NCBI GenBank assembly: GCA_965214775.1
Contig: OZ243974.1
Location: 768,001-832,000 of the forward strand
Reading direction: 5' to 3'
Origin: Nitrosopumilus sp.
GTDB taxonomy: Archaea > Thermoproteota > Nitrososphaeria > Nitrososphaerales > Nitrosopumilaceae
DNA: 64,000 bases
Shown here piece after piece: positions 51,140 to 61,112 of the stretch. A model generated the notes under the pieces. That model ran no database searches and was not told where the DNA came from. It saw nothing but the letters and a program-made list of their open reading frames with translations. Position numbers and translations under genes: made by a program. How positions within the stretch are numbered: position 1 is the stretch's first letter; each line of letters begins with the position of its first letter.

Positions 51140-51232
51140 GTATGTGGTCACGTCCCCTTGCTAGCTAGGCACGAAGATTACAATCATTCATGCTAATTCG
51201 TGCCTGACTGATGGGGGTAGGTGACCTCGTAC
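51140..51232. mobile_element. Family A MITE, copy 2
   Basis: One substitution versus 18954-19046. Confidence 0.8.
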
Positions 51233-51275
51233 CAAGAGGTTGTTGCAAATATAATCCTAGATGGTAATCCTAGTG

Positions 51276-51354
51276 GTAATAAGATAGCCCCTAGGCAGAA
51301 TTGAAGTCATGATTCCCTACTGGACAGGCATGAAAATCACAACTGCAGGCAAAT
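51276..51354. mobile_element. Truncated IS66-type MITE related to 27489-27606 (opposite orientation)
   Basis: GTAATAAGATAGCCCCT..CAGGCATGAAAATCACAACTGCAGGCA. Confidence 0.65.
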
Positions 51355-51477
51355 CAGTACTTCCTAGGTGTGCTTTTGCAGACCAGGCACGGCATAGCCG
51401 CTAACTTCGTTTATGCATAAGATCTTTTGCAAATTACGTAATTACCGTGCCTGTAAAAGTACACCTAGGAAGTACTG
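51355..51477. mobile_element. 123-bp non-autonomous derivative of the ISH3-like element at 21521
   Basis: CAGTACTTCCTAGGTGT.. / ..GCAAATTACGTAATTACCGTGCC..AAAAGTACACCTAGGAAGTACTG matches both ends. Confidence 0.85.
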
Positions 51478-51544
51478 ATGTGGAGCCTGAAAAAGCGCTA
51501 ATCAAGAGAACAGCTGTAGCATGACATTTCTTGGACAAAATCGT

Positions 51545-54349
51545 TCAAACAGACTTCTGGGAGTTGATCAGATCATTTAGCCTTCGTTTGTCATGTATGC
51601 TCTTTACGTAGAACAACGAAGTTGCAATTATTCCTGCGGCAATTAACGGCGATGCGATCTCCGTATATTTTAATTCAGTTTTTTTATCTGCTGGCTGGGT
51701 TTGAGATGGTGATGAAGCAGGAATTTCAGTCATTTTTATCGTTCCAATCTTGTTTCCCTGCTGTTCGACAAACCAAACGTTGTCGTTCCCATCTGATGTC
51801 ATGAACTGGACAAATGAGGATTCGGTTGGAACTGGAACTTCCAATAGATCATTGTTGTCAGGATCATAAACTGCGATAGAGTCAATCACATGCTGGGCAA
51901 ACCACACATTGCCATATCTGTCAAACGTCATTCCGAATGGAAGTGACTCGCTATCTGGAACAGTTACTTTATCAAAAGTTTCCAAGACAGGATCAAATCT
52001 GGATATTGCCAAGCCTGCATGCTCTGCAACCCACAAACTGCCATCCTCATCATCAAACAGCAGGGCTTCTGGACCCTGAAGGACGGTATCTGATGAAATT
52101 TGAGTCAGTTGATTGCTTTCAGGCTCAATATGACCAATTTTTCCAGAACCGGTGGCAGTATACCATATCTTTCCTTCGCTGTCAATGGCCAGGGCAAATG
52201 GCAGTGACCCTTTTTCAGGCAAAACAATCTCGTCAAAGGTATCGTCTTCGGGAGAATACTTTAGAATCCTGTCCTTGTTTACAATTGTAATCCAAATGTT
52301 TCCATCCAGATCTGCCTGAATAAACAGTGGCGTATTATCTGAAATTACAGGATCCACTTTCGGAATTGTCCTGGTCGTTACTTCCTTTGTATTAGCATCA
52401 AGATATCCTATTTGGTTTCTTTGTCTGTCAACAAACCAAATGTTTTCCTTGCTGTCCTGTGTTAGAAACGTTGTTCCCAGCCCATCAAAGGAATATGGCG
52501 TAAACTCTTGGGAATCCAGTGAGAACTCCCAGAGCCTTGGAGATGATGCATCACTAATCCATAAAGAATTTTTTCCGCCATACAATGCATAAAGCGGCTT
52601 TGCATCCTCTTCTGGCAATTCATATTCTACAACCTGCATCTGGATATCTGCAAGCCGTGGCTTGACAAGCAAGTTGAGCGTTTTTGATTCGTTTGCATTA
52701 TCTGTTCTCTGAGCTTCAACCTCAACTAGCCACTTGCCGGAAAATCCAAAGGTGATCTCCCCTTGAAATTCGATTGGCCTGCCTTCTGTCTGTCTAGTTA
52801 TCTCCATGGGAACTTCAATGGGAGAAATATTCTTTGACGGGTTTGAAATTTTGACCTTCACTTGCTCTGAATCATAAAGCTGATTGCCATCAAAGTCTGT
52901 AACTTTGACAGTTATTGCGTTTGAACCGCTTGTAAATGGCGATATTCCAACATCAAATCTTGCATTCTCTGTAAATTCAATTGTGTTAAAACCATAAGCT
53001 GCTTCTTGTGCATCAACTCTTTGAATTTCTCCTGCAGGCAGCGTTCCATTGGTCAGCAGTGCAACGACACCCAGCAAGGCTATTCCTAAAGCGGCATCAA
53101 CTTTGAGCGATTTTTTTAATTTCTTATGCACGGTAATTTTTCCTGATGATAAGTTCTTTTCTGCATTTTTTTGCAGCCTAAACTGAAAGAATCCGCCCAA
53201 TGCCACCATGACAGCAGCTATCGCAATTTTTAGCATGATTAGCTTCCCAAACACTGATTCTGTGATTAGGCCTACGTCGCTTTCAAGGAACCACATCAGG
53301 GTTGGGCCCGTAACAATTACAATTCCCACCGAAATGATAAACGCGATTGAAAATCTGGGAATCATTACCAGGCTCATTTTCTCTTGGTTTTCTTCCTGTA
53401 ATTGTGAAAATGTCGGAAGCAGTGCAAATACAAAGTATATGATTCCTCCAATCCAAACTGCGGCAACCAGATTGTGGATATAGTCTAGCACTACTGCGCC
53501 AAGCTGCTCACTTGCAGCGCCATGCCCTATCATTGTGGTCGTTGAAATTAATACAAGCGAGACTGCAAGCATTGGAATCTGATTCTTAGTTGATAGTGAT
53601 TTTTTCCTGTCCATTCCAAACCAAATACCCAGCAAGACAAGAGTGATGATCATTCTTGCAAGCCAAATTGTTCCAAAGTATGTTTGAATTACATCAATTG
53701 GCGAAGTTTCCAGTCTGATTGTTTGGACCGCAATCATGAGAATGTCAGATACAAAAACAAGCACGAGTCCGGTTCCTGTCACTGACATAAACTTTCCATG
53801 GTGGAAACTCTGGACTTTTTCAAGCTCCTCTCTGATCAGATTTTTGTTTTGGGTTCCCCAGATAATCAGAGAGGCAATAACTGATCCCAGTACGATGGTC
53901 TGTCCGACAATTCCGGGAAATCTTGCGCCTGCTTCAGGCAAGAATACTAGCTCTGCAGGCCCATCGGGGATATCTTTGACGTCAATAATTACATCGCCTA
54001 TTCCAAAAATAAAAGCTCCCGGTACCAAATGTCCGTCTACCTTGGACAGAACCTTCGTCGTAGCTGTGTACACTCCCTCTTCAAGTGGCAGAGTAGTCAC
54101 AATGATCGATAGTTCGCCTTCATAGTAACTGGTATCCCTGTTATCAATCTGGTTTCCGTTTGGATCAAAAACTCTCATTTCACTAAAACCAATGTCTACC
54201 GGTTCTGAAAAATACACGATTACCTCGGTTGTTCCAACAGGTCCGTTTGATGATATGTTTGGGATCGTCTGTTCGGTAAACGGATGTGCTGCCGCAAACG
54301 GGATTGAAATCAATGATAATGCAAGTAATATAAAGAGAGTTTTTTTCAT
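51545..54349 (-). CDS. CopC-CopD-(YtkA-like)-Vgb/NHL beta-propeller fusion, copper uptake/resistance
   Basis: AAA|HPF, FSEPV, LSKVDGH (CopC); GHGAA, HNLVAAVWIGG, RFS (CopD); repeated D.DGNIWF blades; C-terminal TM. Confidence 0.88.
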   Translation of the reverse strand: MKKTLFILLALSLISIPFAAAHPFTEQTIPNISSNGPVGTTEVIVYFSEPVDIGFSEMRVFDPNGNQIDNRDTSYYEGELSIIVTTLPLEEGVYTATTKVLSKVDGHLVPGAFIFGIGDVIIDVKDIPDGPAELVFLPEAGARFPGIVGQTIVLGSVIASLIIWGTQNKNLIREELEKVQSFHHGKFMSVTGTGLVLVFVSDILMIAVQTIRLETSPIDVIQTYFGTIWLARMIITLVLLGIWFGMDRKKSLSTKNQIPMLAVSLVLISTTTMIGHGAASEQLGAVVLDYIHNLVAAVWIGGIIYFVFALLPTFSQLQEENQEKMSLVMIPRFSIAFIISVGIVIVTGPTLMWFLESDVGLITESVFGKLIMLKIAIAAVMVALGGFFQFRLQKNAEKNLSSGKITVHKKLKKSLKVDAALGIALLGVVALLTNGTLPAGEIQRVDAQEAAYGFNTIEFTENARFDVGISPFTSGSNAITVKVTDFDGNQLYDSEQVKVKISNPSKNISPIEVPMEITRQTEGRPIEFQGEITFGFSGKWLVEVEAQRTDNANESKTLNLLVKPRLADIQMQVVEYELPEEDAKPLYALYGGKNSLWISDASSPRLWEFSLDSQEFTPYSFDGLGTTFLTQDSKENIWFVDRQRNQIGYLDANTKEVTTRTIPKVDPVISDNTPLFIQADLDGNIWITIVNKDRILKYSPEDDTFDEIVLPEKGSLPFALAIDSEGKIWYTATGSGKIGHIEPESNQLTQISSDTVLQGPEALLFDDEDGSLWVAEHAGLAISRFDPVLETFDKVTVPDSESLPFGMTFDRYGNVWFAQHVIDSIAVYDPDNNDLLEVPVPTESSFVQFMTSDGNDNVWFVEQQGNKIGTIKMTEIPASSPSQTQPADKKTELKYTEIASPLIAAGIIATSLFYVKSIHDKRRLNDLINSQKSV

Positions 54350-54425
54350 TCACTGCAAGTTCCGCAGCTGATGTTTTAACAGTTTACATGTTTTCAAGTT
54401 TGTACCAATTCGCATAAAGATAATA

Positions 54426-55082
54426 ATGTGCTATTCTGGTATGATGGTCGTGAAGATAGCATTCTGGGGCCTTGTTGGACTATTGTTTTCCATAGGCATG
54501 ATTGCTCCATCATTTGCCCACACTACTGTTCATGTTGATCCGTATGAAATTGAGGCAGGATGGGGAACCGAGCCTCCTGTTGTGGGAATCAGAAACAACA
54601 TTGTTTTCAAAATTATTGAGCGTGGAGAAAACGAGGGTACGTACGCCGGAGTAACCAGTGTTTTCAAAGGCGTTGATGCAACTGTCATGTTTGGCGGCGC
54701 CTCAAAAGGCATTGACATCAACTCTGATCCAAGACCCGGATACTACTTTTCTCCGATTATTCCAACCAAGACTGGAACCTACATGGTTGAATTAAAGGGT
54801 GAAATTCGAGGGGTTCCAGTTGACGTTAAAATTCCAATTGAGGATGTAGAGCCGACTGCAATTTTGGATTTTCCTCCATCAAGCAGTGCCGGTGACGCCG
54901 ATATTGCCGCATTGAAAAATGCGATTTCATCACTCCAGCAGGATGTCTTGAAGTTAAAATCCGGTGAAACTGAAGTTACATCTACTGATGACGGAGCTGC
55001 TTATGACTTTGCGATATTTGGGTTGTTTATTGCAGCAGCGGCCATTATCTTGGCGATAATTGCTCTAGTAAAAAGAAAATAA
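54426..55082 (+). CDS. Exported membrane-anchored protein with N-terminal His
   Basis: SFA|HTTVHV..GW..EPP; coiled coil and C-terminal TM + KRK. Confidence 0.75.
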   Translation: MCYSGMMVVKIAFWGLVGLLFSIGMIAPSFAHTTVHVDPYEIEAGWGTEPPVVGIRNNIVFKIIERGENEGTYAGVTSVFKGVDATVMFGGASKGIDINSDPRPGYYFSPIIPTKTGTYMVELKGEIRGVPVDVKIPIEDVEPTAILDFPPSSSAGDADIAALKNAISSLQQDVLKLKSGETEVTSTDDGAAYDFAIFGLFIAAAAIILAIIALVKRK

Positions 55083-55096
55083 GAAAAGAGGAATTC

Positions 55097-55963
55097 CTAA
55101 AATCTTGGAACGACTCTAGATTTTGCAGTAACTGCTACAATGCTTATGATTGCAACAGCAAGTATCATCATTGCAATTGTTCCAAATTCCGGAACAACGT
55201 TTGTGAATGCTACTTCTTCACCGATTGGTCCTGTTTTTTCATCAATACCATAGCCTTGGAAGGTAATGGTGATGTCGACTGGATCAGCAGAGCCTAGTGG
55301 TGCAGTTTCGTGCATTCCTGAGCCCTCATGATGGTGTGCGCCCATATCATCTAGAACTGTTTCGCCATTCTGTGTAACAGTAATGTCGTGGTTGACATGT
55401 TCTGCATCTACAAATTCTACGTGAACTTGCATTCTCTCACCTGCCATTGGTTCAGAAGTCCAAACTGAAACTTGTGTTCCGTCTGACATCATTCCTGTAG
55501 CAGATGCATCTATGATCAAGTGACCTTCGTCATCCATGTGGTCATCATGGCCATGATCGTCTTTAACAGCTCCTGCCTCTTGTACAATGATTACACCTTG
55601 CATCCAAGGATGAACCATACAAAAGTAATCATATTCTCCCACTTCAGTCGGATTCCATTCAAATGAATTTCCAGGCGAAAACAAACCAGTGTCAAAGATG
55701 CCGTCCGGTCCGTCCTCTGGAGTTCCTGAAGTGTATGTGTGTGCTGCCGTATCGGTATTTGTCATGATAACAACCCCGCCAACATCAACTGTTGCAGTGC
55801 TTGGAATGTAACAGCCTTCTGAGGTCTCTTCACATCCCGGAACAGCTGAACCGGCTGCTGAGTCAATAGTTACTTCTGAATGATCTGCAAAAACTGCCGG
55901 TGATCCAACACCTGCTGCCAATGCAAACAGTACGAAGAAAGAGCTAATTGCTATTGTCTTCAT
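55097..55963 (-). CDS. Blue-copper (plastocyanin-like) protein with PEFG-CTERM
   Basis: AAHTYTSG and YFCMVHPWMQG type-1 Cu ligands; VPEFGTIAMMIL anchor. Confidence 0.92.
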   Translation of the reverse strand: MKTIAISSFFVLFALAAGVGSPAVFADHSEVTIDSAAGSAVPGCEETSEGCYIPSTATVDVGGVVIMTNTDTAAHTYTSGTPEDGPDGIFDTGLFSPGNSFEWNPTEVGEYDYFCMVHPWMQGVIIVQEAGAVKDDHGHDDHMDDEGHLIIDASATGMMSDGTQVSVWTSEPMAGERMQVHVEFVDAEHVNHDITVTQNGETVLDDMGAHHHEGSGMHETAPLGSADPVDITITFQGYGIDEKTGPIGEEVAFTNVVPEFGTIAMMILAVAIISIVAVTAKSRVVPRF

Positions 55964-56002
55964 TAGACAGATTACTTGTTCAGATACATAAAAACCTCAC
56001 TG

Positions 56003-56164
56003 AAAGTTGATTCGAAATTAGCATATTCGGAAATCATGTATAAGCAAATTTGCACTAAATCGATTAAAATGCATGTAAATGACAAGTTACCTGTCAAATT
56101 ACTTGACAAAGGTACAGAAAAATCCGGGCAATGATTTGCACGGCTTTTAATTTCGGATCACTTT
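56003..56164. mobile_element. MITE family B-related element abutting the 3' end of the CFI-box gene
   Basis: AAAGTTGATTCGAAATTA / TAATTTCGGATCACTTT. Confidence 0.6.
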
Positions 56165-57015
56165 TCGGGGATTTCCAGCTGCTGGATTCTGGCTTTTTCT
56201 ATAAAATTATACAGTTTCAGAACTCCAAACATGGGAATTCCGGCATACATTGCGATGTTCAGCAGGACTATGGGGATTCCATATCCGAGCATTTTGCCTT
56301 CAGAATCAATTTCTACGTCGTTTAGCAGTGACAGAGACAAAAGCATTGGCGTTAGTGCCACCTTCATAACCTCTTTGAACATTGGGTTTTCCCTTTGATA
56401 ATCGGCTACTGCTGGTGAAAACGAGTAATAGAATTGATTGAATGCTGTCATAAATGCAGTTCCAGAGCTGGTCTGCAACACAGTGTTGTCCCTAAGTTCT
56501 CTTAACTGTTGAACTTGAGGCGCTAATTCAGAACCAAATGTCGCAGTGGCAATTAGACATCCTCCATTTTGGCCATTGTTACCCGGTTTTTCCTTTGGAG
56601 GAGAAACCGGCTGTGCGTTTGCCTCTCCTACTTGGATATCAAACGATACCACTTCTTTAGGAATCGGTTGGAACAAAATTCCTTCCACTTCCAAATCCAT
56701 TGTGTAGACTCCTTTGCCTAAACTAAAATCAATCGGGATTTTTACGGTTCCTAACGACGTATGTGTCAACTGGATTGGACCAAAAACAGCTTCGCCATCC
56801 TTTGACACAGCAACAGCATAATCAATATGCTCTTGGACTTTTTGCGTTTGTGGGTTGATGAAATCTATGTTGATCCTAGTTTGGGTGTCGGGCTCTATTG
56901 GATCGTAAGTCAGTCTTACATCCAAGGTTTCTTTGTCTGTAGGCAATGTTTGAGTTTCTGCATATGCGGGAACTAGCAATAACGGAGCTAAAAGCAGTAC
57001 AAGAAAAAGTTTCAT
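56158..57015 (-). CDS. Exported protein with CFI-box-CTERM anchor
   Basis: Signal peptide, QEHIDY..HTS domain, GGCLIATATFGSELAPQVQQLRELRD. Confidence 0.85.
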   Translation of the reverse strand: MKLFLVLLLAPLLLVPAYAETQTLPTDKETLDVRLTYDPIEPDTQTRINIDFINPQTQKVQEHIDYAVAVSKDGEAVFGPIQLTHTSLGTVKIPIDFSLGKGVYTMDLEVEGILFQPIPKEVVSFDIQVGEANAQPVSPPKEKPGNNGQNGGCLIATATFGSELAPQVQQLRELRDNTVLQTSSGTAFMTAFNQFYYSFSPAVADYQRENPMFKEVMKVALTPMLLSLSLLNDVEIDSEGKMLGYGIPIVLLNIAMYAGIPMFGVLKLYNFIEKARIQQLEIPEK

Positions 57016-57127
57016 ACACAGGTTTTTCTTTTGGCAAATAAAAATTCTACTCCAATTTCCAAAATAGAAAGTTTCTCATGCGTAGAAATGCTGTGCCAGC
57101 TTTAAATATGGACTTTGCATAATTTGA

Positions 57128-58849
57128 GTGTTGTACCACCACAAGTTCGGGTTGTTCATTACAATAATTGGAATCTTTACGATTCCAGCTTTAGTTCCTG
57201 ATGCGTTTGGTCATGGACTTGGCGGGGATCAAGCGCCTCCGATTAGCTTTGAGGGAATGGAAGTCACGGTAAGAACAGATCTTACTCCATCAGACATCAC
57301 AGTCGAGGACATTGATGACGTAAACATGAAAGTTAGATTCTTTGATACGTTGACAGATACCACTTTGGAGAAGGTAACGTATAGAATTGAAGTCTGGAGA
57401 AGCGGAGACTTGCTTGCGCGAAATTTGTTTTATGATCTTGATGGACGGCTAGATGTCGAGATCAGGCCTGAAGCCAGCTGTGATGAAGCAGAACTTTGGA
57501 AATGCAGCGTTTATGGCGGCTCTGAGCACGTAACTGCTCCGGGAGCACTCTACGTATTTGGGGAAGATTGTACTGATGAAAACCTGGAGACCTGTGCTAG
57601 GCCAACGATCACCGGACCCATCTTTGAAAAAGGCGGTCTGTACAATATTCGAGTAGACATCGAAGGCGCCACAAGTCCAAAAACACTATTGCCAATCCTG
57701 CTAAGTTATGATACCTTTGTCAGCGTAGCCCAGGAACAGGACTTCCTAGTTCAAACAGCGTCTGCCCAGGAACTTCCAATTGTTGTAAAAACGTACTATG
57801 ACGATGTTGAAAATTTCCAATTTGACACCTTTGATAATTCAATTAGTTTTGACATGGCATTTGACTGGAGTCCGGACTATGTTGATCTTGTCGAAGTAGT
57901 CCACGAAGAAGTTAGAGTTCCAAAATCATTTGTCCCATATGCAGAAGGCACACAGTTCAAGGGATATGTAAATGGAATTGAAGTTGATCAACGTGCGCTA
58001 CTAAATGATCCGTATACGTATAACGACACAAACATAATCCACTTTTTGATTACAAATGCCGAATTGACTAGAATTAACGAGGAACTTGGTCCTGACAATT
58101 ATGGTTCCAAAAACATGAATTTGAGACTGGTGCCATTAGATGAAGTTTCAAAAAGTTCAACCGAGTTTTACCTGGTTGACACTGATAATTTAGAGCGGGT
58201 TCCAACGACTGTAAACATTTCTTGGGACGGAAAATACGGGGCAGATGGAGAAATTCCATTCGAGTTTACCTTCTTCAAAGAGGACAAACAGTTGCTAAAG
58301 GACGTCAGATACTCATACATTGCATTGGACGAAAACAATAATGAAATTGCACGTCATGACGGAGATGATCCAGACAACCCCGGAATCATGTCAACTGAAG
58401 GAATTGACATTCAGAGAATTTTCGTTCCCTCCGAGGGCCAAATGAGAATTGACATCCTGGTTTATGGAACCGGCCTTGATTATGACCCAACTTATTCCGG
58501 AATTGGTTCTGCCATCATCGAAATTGGTCCTAGCGTTCCAAACTCTACAGTAACTCCGGCAATCGAGGAGAAACCCATTCCAGAGTGGATTAAAAACAAC
58601 GCAAGATGGTGGGCAGACGGAACGATTGATGATGATTCCTTTGTGCAAGGGATTCAATATCTGATTAAAGAAGACGTTCTAAGAATACCTCCAACCACCA
58701 CGCAAGGCCCGGGAGATGGTCACAATGAAATTCCAGAGTGGATTAAAAACAACGCAAGATGGTGGGCAGACGGAACGATTGATGATGATTCCTTTGTGCA
58801 AGGGATTCAATTCCTTATCAAGGAAGGAATGATGAGAATCCAGTCATAG
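57128..58849 (+). CDS. Exported HGxG-start surface protein with two [12 protein letters not shown] repeats
   Basis: AFG|HGLGGD; VVHEEV.VPK core; TATA TTTAAATA at 57101-57108. Confidence 0.85.
   Translation: MLYHHKFGLFITIIGIFTIPALVPDAFGHGLGGDQAPPISFEGMEVTVRTDLTPSDITVEDIDDVNMKVRFFDTLTDTTLEKVTYRIEVWRSGDLLARNLFYDLDGRLDVEIRPEASCDEAELWKCSVYGGSEHVTAPGALYVFGEDCTDENLETCARPTITGPIFEKGGLYNIRVDIEGATSPKTLLPILLSYDTFVSVAQEQDFLVQTASAQELPIVVKTYYDDVENFQFDTFDNSISFDMAFDWSPDYVDLVEVVHEEVRVPKSFVPYAEGTQFKGYVNGIEVDQRALLNDPYTYNDTNIIHFLITNAELTRINEELGPDNYGSKNMNLRLVPLDEVSKSSTEFYLVDTDNLERVPTTVNISWDGKYGADGEIPFEFTFFKEDKQLLKDVRYSYIALDENNNEIARHDGDDPDNPGIMSTEGIDIQRIFVPSEGQMRIDILVYGTGLDYDPTYSGIGSAIIEIGPSVPNSTVTPAIEEKPIPEWIKNNARWWADGTIDDDSFVQGIQYLIKEDVLRIPPTTTQGPGDGHNEIPEWIKNNARWWADGTIDDDSFVQGIQFLIKEGMMRIQS
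58577..58811 (+). repeat. Perfect 82-bp intragenic direct repeat
   Basis: 58577-58658 equals 58730-58811. Confidence 0.9.
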
Positions 58850-58864
58850 GTTTTTAAATAAATT

Positions 58865-59089
58865 TTGACAAGTGATGATTACATGAAAGACATCAATGAC
58901 ATAATGCCAAAAGTGCCCAACATGAAATGGGGGGCCTTGATGAACAAAGCGCCAACAAATGAAAAATTCGAGGAGATGAACAAAATCTTTCCAAGCAACG
59001 GAAAATGGCATACGGTTTTTGAAGAAAAAGATTCTGTCACAATAGACGGAAGGCAGATTTGGAAAAAAAATCCCGACAAGTGGACCTAG
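58865..59089 (+). CDS. Small conserved hypothetical protein
   Basis: MPKVPNMKWGAL..FPSNGKWHTV; in operon context. Confidence 0.7.
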   Translation: MTSDDYMKDINDIMPKVPNMKWGALMNKAPTNEKFEEMNKIFPSNGKWHTVFEEKDSVTIDGRQIWKKNPDKWT

Positions 59090-59090
59090 C

Positions 59091-60656
59091 TTGAAAAAAT
59101 TTCTTTTAATTGCAATTCTTACCTTGCCGCTTGGATTGGCATCGACATACGAAGATGTATTCGGCCATGGCATAGGAAGTGAGACGTTTCCTCCGGTTGA
59201 TCTTAACGGAAGGCAAGTGACGCTTGAAGTATCCTCGTCTCAAAACGATCCGGAAACAAATGATGATGACCAACAAATTTCAATATCCCTTGTTGATTTT
59301 GACTCTAAAATCACCCTAAGGGATGTGAAGTTTTTGATTTCAGCCGAACGTGGCGAAAAATTTCTTTTCAAGCAGGAATTTAATGCCGATAGCGGATTTC
59401 TAGTTTTCAATTTTGTGTCCTGGGATACGGATAAAATAATTTTAGAGGAACAAGAAGAAACTGTCGGAAGCTTCTTCGGATCACTGTTGGGCTTGGAAAG
59501 CAGAATGATTCACGTCAAAGGACCCAGTCTTGGCAACGGCGGGCTGTACAAATTCGATGTTTATGTGCTTGCCGCAGACGGATATTCAAACGTCCTTGCA
59601 GAACCGCTTGAATTCAATGCCGGCATATCAATAGCCCAGACTACCAGCCATGCAATCAATGACGAGTATTTTGGACTTCAAACAGTCGATGTCATTACAT
59701 ACTATGACGAAATTTCAAATTTTGAATACGACTCAGAGTCTAGAGAAATTAGCTACACGATGCCGTTTGAGTGGACCGAGACCAACATTAACCAAACGTC
59801 AGTGGTTCATCAGGAGATATCCATTCCCAAATCCTTTGGGGACTTGCTTGCCTCAGGGTTTGTCATGAATGTCAATGGCGCGGATCTATCAGGGGACATT
59901 GTAAATATTGATGACTTTTTTGCCGAGGACAGAGTTGTTCATTTCACCATATATCAAAAAGAACTTTTGAACGTTTTAGAAAGCGGTTCAAATGACAGCA
60001 AAATGAATTTCAAGATCAGGCCCAGCCTGGATTACCCTCATCTAAGTTCCGTAACTGAGAACGGCCAGTTTAGAATTCTGGTGTCATGGGAGCCAGAAAA
60101 TTTGCAGTCAAACTCCAGTGCAAAGGTAATTTTTGACGTAACTGACATCTTTCTAAGGAACAGGCCGGTATCTACAAATTACGATTTTTCAGTTTCGCAG
60201 GGAAACAACATTCTTCATCAACAAAGCGGCGTTAGCACTGATTCAAAGGACGAACACAACGTAGCCGAGTTCCTTGTCTCAGAGGACGTAAGCGGAATAA
60301 TAAATCTGAACTTTTATAATTTGGATGGAAATGATCTTGCAAGAACGTCCATTCCTGTTCCAGTCAATAGAGGAACCAGTGAAACTTTAATTTCAGTTCC
60401 TGACTGGATTCGAAACAATGCAGAATGGTGGTCCGATAAGCAGATTGAGGATGCAACATTCGTTCAAGGAATAGAATACTTGATAAAAAATGGAATTATT
60501 CAAGTTTCCCCAGCACAACAGCAGGATTCAGAGCCTGAAGGTATTCCGGACTGGATTCGTAGCAACGCAGAATGGTGGGCAAATGGGTTGATAGGTGATG
60601 AAACATTTGTCCGGGGACTGGAATTTTTGATTCAAAAAGGAATCATTCGCATCTGA
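59091..60656 (+). CDS. Exported HGxG-start surface protein paralog with two PDWIRxNAEWW repeats
   Basis: VFG|HGIGSE; VVHQEI.IPK core. Confidence 0.85.
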   Translation: MKKFLLIAILTLPLGLASTYEDVFGHGIGSETFPPVDLNGRQVTLEVSSSQNDPETNDDDQQISISLVDFDSKITLRDVKFLISAERGEKFLFKQEFNADSGFLVFNFVSWDTDKIILEEQEETVGSFFGSLLGLESRMIHVKGPSLGNGGLYKFDVYVLAADGYSNVLAEPLEFNAGISIAQTTSHAINDEYFGLQTVDVITYYDEISNFEYDSESREISYTMPFEWTETNINQTSVVHQEISIPKSFGDLLASGFVMNVNGADLSGDIVNIDDFFAEDRVVHFTIYQKELLNVLESGSNDSKMNFKIRPSLDYPHLSSVTENGQFRILVSWEPENLQSNSSAKVIFDVTDIFLRNRPVSTNYDFSVSQGNNILHQQSGVSTDSKDEHNVAEFLVSEDVSGIINLNFYNLDGNDLARTSIPVPVNRGTSETLISVPDWIRNNAEWWSDKQIEDATFVQGIEYLIKNGIIQVSPAQQQDSEPEGIPDWIRSNAEWWANGLIGDETFVRGLEFLIQKGIIRI

Positions 60657-60710
60657 TCGCATGCCTTTCGATGAATGAACCAGTCGTTTTAAATTGGAAG
60701 ATCCGCTAGT

Positions 60711-61112
60711 TTGATCACGTTGTTTCGGCCCGAAAGAATTGTGGAAAGAAAGTCCGCATTGTTCTCCATAGTTGTTACAGGAGTTGTTGCAATTCTAGCA
60801 CTGCCAATCATCATCCCTCACCTGTTACACGGGTATCATATTGCACACATATTCTTGCATGTTGGAGGAATCTCACTTGCGGTATTCATCTCAGTTCTTG
60901 CAGGTTTTGCATATTATCGATTAAGAACAAAACGGCTGCTTCTTAGTGCAATTGCATTTGGAAATTTTATTGCCGCAGAATTTACCTTGCTCATAGATGC
61001 GACTTGGCCTTCGGTATTTGACTTTGAATTCATGCCACTAGCGGAGGTAGGACACTTATTGACCTTTGCAACACTGGGATTACTGGCGTTAGGAGTGTTT
61101 AGAAATGACTGA
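60711..61112 (+). CDS. His-rich 4-TM membrane protein
   Basis: HLLHGYHIAHIFLH between TM1 and TM2; EVGH in last helix; overlaps wHTH gene. Confidence 0.75.
   Translation: MITLFRPERIVERKSALFSIVVTGVVAILALPIIIPHLLHGYHIAHIFLHVGGISLAVFISVLAGFAYYRLRTKRLLLSAIAFGNFIAAEFTLLIDATWPSVFDFEFMPLAEVGHLLTFATLGLLALGVFRND

Noticed and set aside
18954-51232. attL/attR of a 32-kb provirus or integrative element
   Set aside because: The repeats are hairpin MITEs with other family members; no integrase, tRNA or viral genes, and the interval contains the core S-layer gene
58577-58811. DGR template/variable repeat pair
   Set aside because: Copies are identical with no adenine-specific differences, both are coding, and no reverse transcriptase is present
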